Origin: Paracoccus suum
GTDB lineage: Bacteria > Pseudomonadota > Alphaproteobacteria > Rhodobacterales > Rhodobacteraceae
Reading direction: 5' to 3'
Length of the DNA stretch: 32,000 bases
Assembly (NCBI RefSeq): GCF_003324675.1
Contig: NZ_CP030918.1
Span: 1,260,001 to 1,292,000 of the forward strand
How positions within the stretch are numbered: position 1 is the stretch's first letter; each line of letters opens with the position of its first letter. Positions 28,262-32,000 of the stretch are shown here, one piece after another. Both the position numbers and the translations under genes were made by a program. Below the pieces are notes generated by a model. That model made no database searches and was not told the DNA's origin. It saw only the letters and a program-made list of their open reading frames with translations.

Positions 28262-29437
28262 TCAGGCGAGGATCTTGGAGACGACGCCGGCGCCGACGGT
28301 GCGGCCGCCTTCGCGGATCGCGAAGCGCAGCTTTTCTTCCATCGCGATCGGCGCAATCAGCTCGACCTCGAACTTCAGGTTGTCGCCCGGCATCACCATC
28401 TCGGTGCCTTCCGGCAGGTTCACGGTCCCGGTCACGTCGGTCGTGCGGAAGTAGAACTGCGGCCGGTAGTTGGCAAAGAACGGCGTGTGACGGCCACCCT
28501 CTTCCTTGGTCAGGATATAGGCCTCGGCCTCGAACTTGGTGTGCGGCTTGACCGAGCCCGGCTTGCACAGCACCTGGCCGCGCTCGACGCCGTCACGGTC
28601 CACGCCGCGCAGCAGCGCGCCGACGTTGTCGCCAGCCTCGCCCCGGTCCAGCAGCTTGCGGAACATCTCGACGCCCGTGCAGGTCGTCTTCTTGGTGTCC
28701 CGGATGCCGACGATTTCCAGTTCGTCGCCGACGTTCACCGCACCGCGCTCGATCCGGCCCGTCACCACCGTGCCGCGGCCCGAGATCGAGAACACGTCCT
28801 CGATCGGCAGCAGGAACGGCTGGTCGACCGCACGCTCGGGGGTTGGGATGTAGCTGTCGACCGCCTCGATCAGCGCCTTGATGCTGTTCTCGCCGATCTC
28901 GGGATCACGGCCTTCCAGCGCCGCAAGCGCCGAGCCCTTGATGATCGGGATATCGTCGCCCGGGTAGTCGTAGGACGACAGCAGCTCGCGCACTTCCATC
29001 TCGACCAGTTCGAGCAGTTCCTCGTCATCCACCTGGTCGACCTTGTTGAGGTAGACCACCATGTACGGGATGCCGACCTGGCGGCCGAGCAGGATGTGCT
29101 CGCGGGTCTGCGGCATCGGGCCGTCGGCCGCGTTCACCACAAGGATCGCGCCGTCCATCTGCGCGGCGCCGGTGATCATGTTCTTCACATAGTCAGCGTG
29201 GCCGGGGCAGTCGACATGGGCGTAGTGCCGGTTGGGCGATTCGTATTCCACATGCGCGGTCGAGATCGTGATCCCGCGCGCCTTCTCCTCCGGCGCGCCG
29301 TCGATCTGGTCATAAGCCCGGAACTCGCCGAAATACTTCGTGATCGCAGCCGTCAGCGTCGTCTTGCCGTGGTCAACGTGACCAATCGTCCCGATGTTCA
29401 CGTGCGGTTTGTTACGCTCGAATTTTGCCTTCGCCAT
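28262..29437 (-). CDS. tuf: Translation elongation factor Tu
   Basis: [40 protein letters not shown] and NKVD are present, in 391 aa. The 113-aa N-terminal extension in the ORF track (to 29776) was rejected. Confidence 0.98.
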   Translation of the reverse strand: MAKAKFERNKPHVNIGTIGHVDHGKTTLTAAITKYFGEFRAYDQIDGAPEEKARGITISTAHVEYESPNRHYAHVDCPGHADYVKNMITGAAQMDGAILVVNAADGPMPQTREHILLGRQVGIPYMVVYLNKVDQVDDEELLELVEMEVRELLSSYDYPGDDIPIIKGSALAALEGRDPEIGENSIKALIEAVDSYIPTPERAVDQPFLLPIEDVFSISGRGTVVTGRIERGAVNVGDELEIVGIRDTKKTTCTGVEMFRKLLDRGEAGDNVGALLRGVDRDGVERGQVLCKPGSVKPHTKFEAEAYILTKEEGGRHTPFFANYRPQFYFRTTDVTGTVNLPEGTEMVMPGDNLKFEVELIAPIAMEEKLRFAIREGGRTVGAGVVSKILA

Positions 29438-29642
29438 GATGTCTCCAGATCGGCAGGTCGGCGGCGCAGCCCAGATGCACGCCCCGAGGTCATCGCATCG
29501 CGGCGATCTAAAGGCGCAGCAGCAGGAAATCAAGGGCGGCGCGGGGCCTGGTCTGCAATGCGGAACTCCGGCGCTCGACATTACGTTCAGCCCCCGGGAA
29601 GCTGTGCCGCCGCGCCTTTGCGGCAGGACAAGGAGATATCGC

Positions 29643-30587
29643 ATGAGCCTGATGAAAACCCTCGCCCGCGTTGCGGCTGGTGTGATCCTTGCCAAGGGGA
29701 TTGGCGGGATGATGCAGCAACAGGCCCGGCAGCAGACACCGCAGGGTGGCCGCCCGCGCACAACGGGTGGCGGCATCCTGGGCGATCTTCTGGGCCAGTC
29801 GCAGCGCGGCGGACAGACGGCATCGGCGCAGGGGCGCGGCGGCCTCGGGGATATCCTCGGCCAGGTACTCGGGGGTCAGCCGGCCGGCGGCGCCGGTACC
29901 GGCCGCCGCTATGGCGGGCCGAACACCCAGGGCGCCAGCGGGGGCCTCGGTGGCATGCTTGACCAGATGACCCGCAACAGCGGCACCACGCGCACGGCCA
30001 GCACCGGGGGCGGCGGCTTTGGCGATCTGCTTGGCGGGCTTGCCGGCGGCGCTGCTGCGGGCGGCCTTGGCGGGGTGTTGGGCGATCTGCTCGGCGGCGG
30101 CAACGCCCGCACGACGCAGGCGGGCGGGCTAGCGCGTCAGGGCGCCCAGGACCGCAACGACGCCTCGTTCGGCGAAGTCTTCAATGATGCCATGGTGCGC
30201 CAGGACGAGCCCGAAATTGCCCCGACGCCCGAACAAAACGCTGTCGCCGGGCTGATGCTGAAGGCGATGCTGCAGGCGGCCAAATCGGACGGCAAGATCG
30301 ACGAGCAGGAAAAGCAGCGCCTGATGGGCCAGGTCGGCGATCTGGGTGAGGACGAAAAGCAGTTCATCCGCGAGCAGATGGCCGCCCCCGTGGACGCTGC
30401 CGCCTTGGCTCGTGAAGTCCCCAAGGGGTTGGAGGAGCAGGTCTACCTGATGTCGCTGATGGCCATCGACTTCGACAACGAGCGCGAGGCCCAATACCTG
30501 CACGCCCTCGCCGACGCGATGAGCCTCGACCAGCAGAAGGTGAACGCGATCCACCAGCAGGTGGGCGTGCAGAACCTTTACGCCTGA
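29643..30587 (+). CDS. TerB-family / DUF533 protein with a Gly-rich repetitive N-terminal half
   Basis: The C-terminal half ([24 protein letters not shown]...[25 protein letters not shown]) matches the TerB-like DUF533 pattern. AGGAG at 29631-29635 lies 7 nt before ATG 29643. Confidence 0.75.
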   Translation: MSLMKTLARVAAGVILAKGIGGMMQQQARQQTPQGGRPRTTGGGILGDLLGQSQRGGQTASAQGRGGLGDILGQVLGGQPAGGAGTGRRYGGPNTQGASGGLGGMLDQMTRNSGTTRTASTGGGGFGDLLGGLAGGAAAGGLGGVLGDLLGGGNARTTQAGGLARQGAQDRNDASFGEVFNDAMVRQDEPEIAPTPEQNAVAGLMLKAMLQAAKSDGKIDEQEKQRLMGQVGDLGEDEKQFIREQMAAPVDAAALAREVPKGLEEQVYLMSLMAIDFDNEREAQYLHALADAMSLDQQKVNAIHQQVGVQNLYA

Positions 30588-30694
30588 CGTGCAAGAGGGC
30601 GGCGATCTTTCGCCGCCCACACGTACCGCCTTCCGCTTTGTCTGGAAAACGTGCACCATTCCCCACGGTTACGCACACCAGCCCGGAGGCAATC

Positions 30695-31153
30695 ATGCGT
30701 CTTTCCCTGATTACTGCCGCAGTGTTGTCGCTTACGCCCCTCGCGGCGCAGGCGGCTGAAGATACGCCCGAGCAGCTGGCGCTCGAGGCTCGACATGGCT
30801 TCATGCTGATGCTCGGGGCGAACATGGGCGTGCTGGCCGGTACCGCGAAGGGCGAGATTCCCTATGACGAGGCCGCGGTCGTCCACGCGGCGACCAATAT
30901 CGAGGCGCTGACGCATTACGATGTTGCCATGCATTTCATTCCCGGCACCGCCGAGGGCGAAATCGACGACAGCGAGGCGCTGCCCAAGATCTGGACCGAC
31001 ATGGCCGGCTTTGCCGACAAGTACAAAGGGCTGGTGACGGCCGCCGCCGGCGCCCCCGACGCAGTCAAAGGCGGTCAGGAGCAGGTTGCCGCCGTCGTCC
31101 AGAAGCTGGGCGGGGCGTGCAAGGCGTGCCATGACGAATACCGTAAGGACTGA
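30695..31153 (+). CDS. cycP: Cytochrome c' (class II c-type cytochrome)
   Basis: The signal peptide is MRLSLITAAVLSLTPLAAQA. A four-helix-bundle-sized mature protein follows, with a single C-terminal haem site CKACHDEYR. Confidence 0.8.
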   Translation: MRLSLITAAVLSLTPLAAQAAEDTPEQLALEARHGFMLMLGANMGVLAGTAKGEIPYDEAAVVHAATNIEALTHYDVAMHFIPGTAEGEIDDSEALPKIWTDMAGFADKYKGLVTAAAGAPDAVKGGQEQVAAVVQKLGGACKACHDEYRKD

Positions 31154-31757
31154 TCGCGACCCGGCAGGGGGAGCGCTCCCTGCCGGGGTCGAACGGCTGC
31201 AGATTTGGGACCCGGCGTTGCGCGCGGTCCATTGGGCGCTTGCACTGCTGGTGACGGCGACTTGGCTGCTGGCCCAGTTTGGACCGGCCAAGATGACGCT
31301 GCATTTCTGGTTCGGCTACGCGATCATAGCCTTGCTGGCCTTTCGCCTGGTCTGGGGGCTGATCGGCCCACGCCACGCGCGTTTCAGTCGGTTGATCCAT
31401 GGCCCGCGGGCGACGCTGGAGTATATCCGCGGATTCGCCAGGCGGGTGCCCAGCTACTGGCGGGGACACAACCCGATGGGCGGCTGGTCGGTCGTCGCCA
31501 TGCTGGCATTGCTGGTGATGCAGGTGGCGACCGGGTTGGTCAGCGATCCGGATGACTTCATCAATGTCGGCCCGCTCGCGTCCGAGGTCTCGCGCGCGAC
31601 CTCGCGCAAAGCGTTGTCGCTGCATCACCTGGGCGGGACGCTGATCCTGCTGCTGGTGCTGCTGCACGTTGGCATGATCCTCTATTACCGCCTGTGGAAG
31701 CGCGAGGACCTGATCCGGCCGATGATCACCGGCTGGAAGCTGGTGCGCCGCCGCTGA
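31131..31757 (+). CDS. Cytochrome b561 / Ni-Fe-hydrogenase b-type cytochrome family membrane protein
   Basis: It has four hydrophobic helices with conserved His residues (RAVHWALALL, HFWFGY, HNPMGGWSV, LHHLGG). It overlaps cycP by 23 nt, and this pairing with cytochrome c' is common. Confidence 0.75.
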   Translation: MTNTVRTDRDPAGGALPAGVERLQIWDPALRAVHWALALLVTATWLLAQFGPAKMTLHFWFGYAIIALLAFRLVWGLIGPRHARFSRLIHGPRATLEYIRGFARRVPSYWRGHNPMGGWSVVAMLALLVMQVATGLVSDPDDFINVGPLASEVSRATSRKALSLHHLGGTLILLLVLLHVGMILYYRLWKREDLIRPMITGWKLVRRR

Positions 31758-31773
31758 AGCGCTGCGTGCATAG

Positions 31774-31808
31774 AAAGGGGCGGCCCCGCGCGGAACCGCC
31801 CCTTTTCA
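31774..31808 (+). terminator. Rho-independent terminator after the cytochrome b561 gene
   Basis: AAAGGGGCGG-N12-CCGCCCCTTTT is followed by CATTT. Confidence 0.75.
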
Positions 31809-31822
31809 TTTAACCGTCGTGT

Positions 31823-32000
31823 TTACATCGCGGCCTTGTTGATCCCGCCCTTGACGGCCAGTTTGGTCATCGTCTCGTAACCCTCGTAGGTCGAGGCAGT
31901 GCATTCGTCTAAAACCTTCACGTCGTCACTGAACCCCAGGCGCTTGGCCCAGGCTTTCAGCGTGCCGTAGCCGGTGATGGCGTAATGGGCCATCCGCTGA
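31823..32000 (-). CDS. C-terminal fragment of a ferritin-like DUF892 (YciE/YciF-type) protein, partial at the window edge
   Basis: My hand translation of the minus strand gives ...QRMAHYAITGYGTLKAWAKRLGFSDDVKVLDECTASTYEGYETMTKLAVKGGINKAAM*, with the stop at 31823-31825. The E/H..A.YGTL..WA..LG pattern resembles YciE/YciF. This fragment is not in the ORF track because it is only 59 aa. Confidence 0.5.
   Translation of the reverse strand, partial: QRMAHYAITGYGTLKAWAKRLGFSDDVKVLDECTASTYEGYETMTKLAVKGGINKAAM

Noticed and set aside
28247-29962. 571-aa plus-strand ORF over tuf, and the 113-aa N-terminal extension of the tuf ORF up to 29776
   Set aside because: EF-Tu starts at the conserved MAKAKFER (ATG 29437). 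The extension and the antisense ORF are composition artefacts.

Overview
This is a high-GC chromosomal segment; hand-counted 60-nt lines give about 63% GC. Gene content suggests an alphaproteobacterium, probably Rhodobacterales or Paracoccus-like, but that is inference only. Most of the window is ordinary core metabolism and housekeeping. Recognisable genes are gloA, thyX, pckA, an hprK-rapZ-EIIA(Man)-HPr regulatory PTS module, a TetR regulator, a two-HKD phospholipase D and 3-hydroxyacyl-CoA dehydrogenase. Also present are etfBA, a PduO-type corrinoid adenosyltransferase, parC, cspA, a solitary tuf, a TerB/DUF533 protein and cytochrome c' with a cytochrome b561 partner. Two regions stand out. 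(1) A ~1.6-kb low-GC islet at about 1644-3219 sits between thyX and the next operon; individual lines inside it fall to 30-40% GC. It carries one 521-aa ORF (1634-3199) for an orphan P-loop NTPase with Walker A, Walker B and a KAP-like RPRDxIKFxN motif. The ORF has no recognisable effector domain and no partner gene, its start codon lies inside the thyX 3' end, and no integrase, tRNA or IS element is nearby. This is my best candidate for an undescribed single-gene system, possibly phage defence or abortive infection. (2) A tightly translationally coupled nine-gene operon (3270-12203) resembles the aerobic CoA-dependent anthranilate pathway. It encodes a fused FAD-monooxygenase/Old-Yellow-Enzyme protein, an aryl-CoA ligase, beta-oxidation-like enzymes, a thioesterase, RidA and an internal MarR. 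It ends in tryptophan 2,3-dioxygenase, with no kynurenine formamidase or kynureninase in the window. I found no rRNA, tRNA, CRISPR array, transposase or integrase. Many long antisense ORFs in the track are high-GC shadow ORFs and were rejected.
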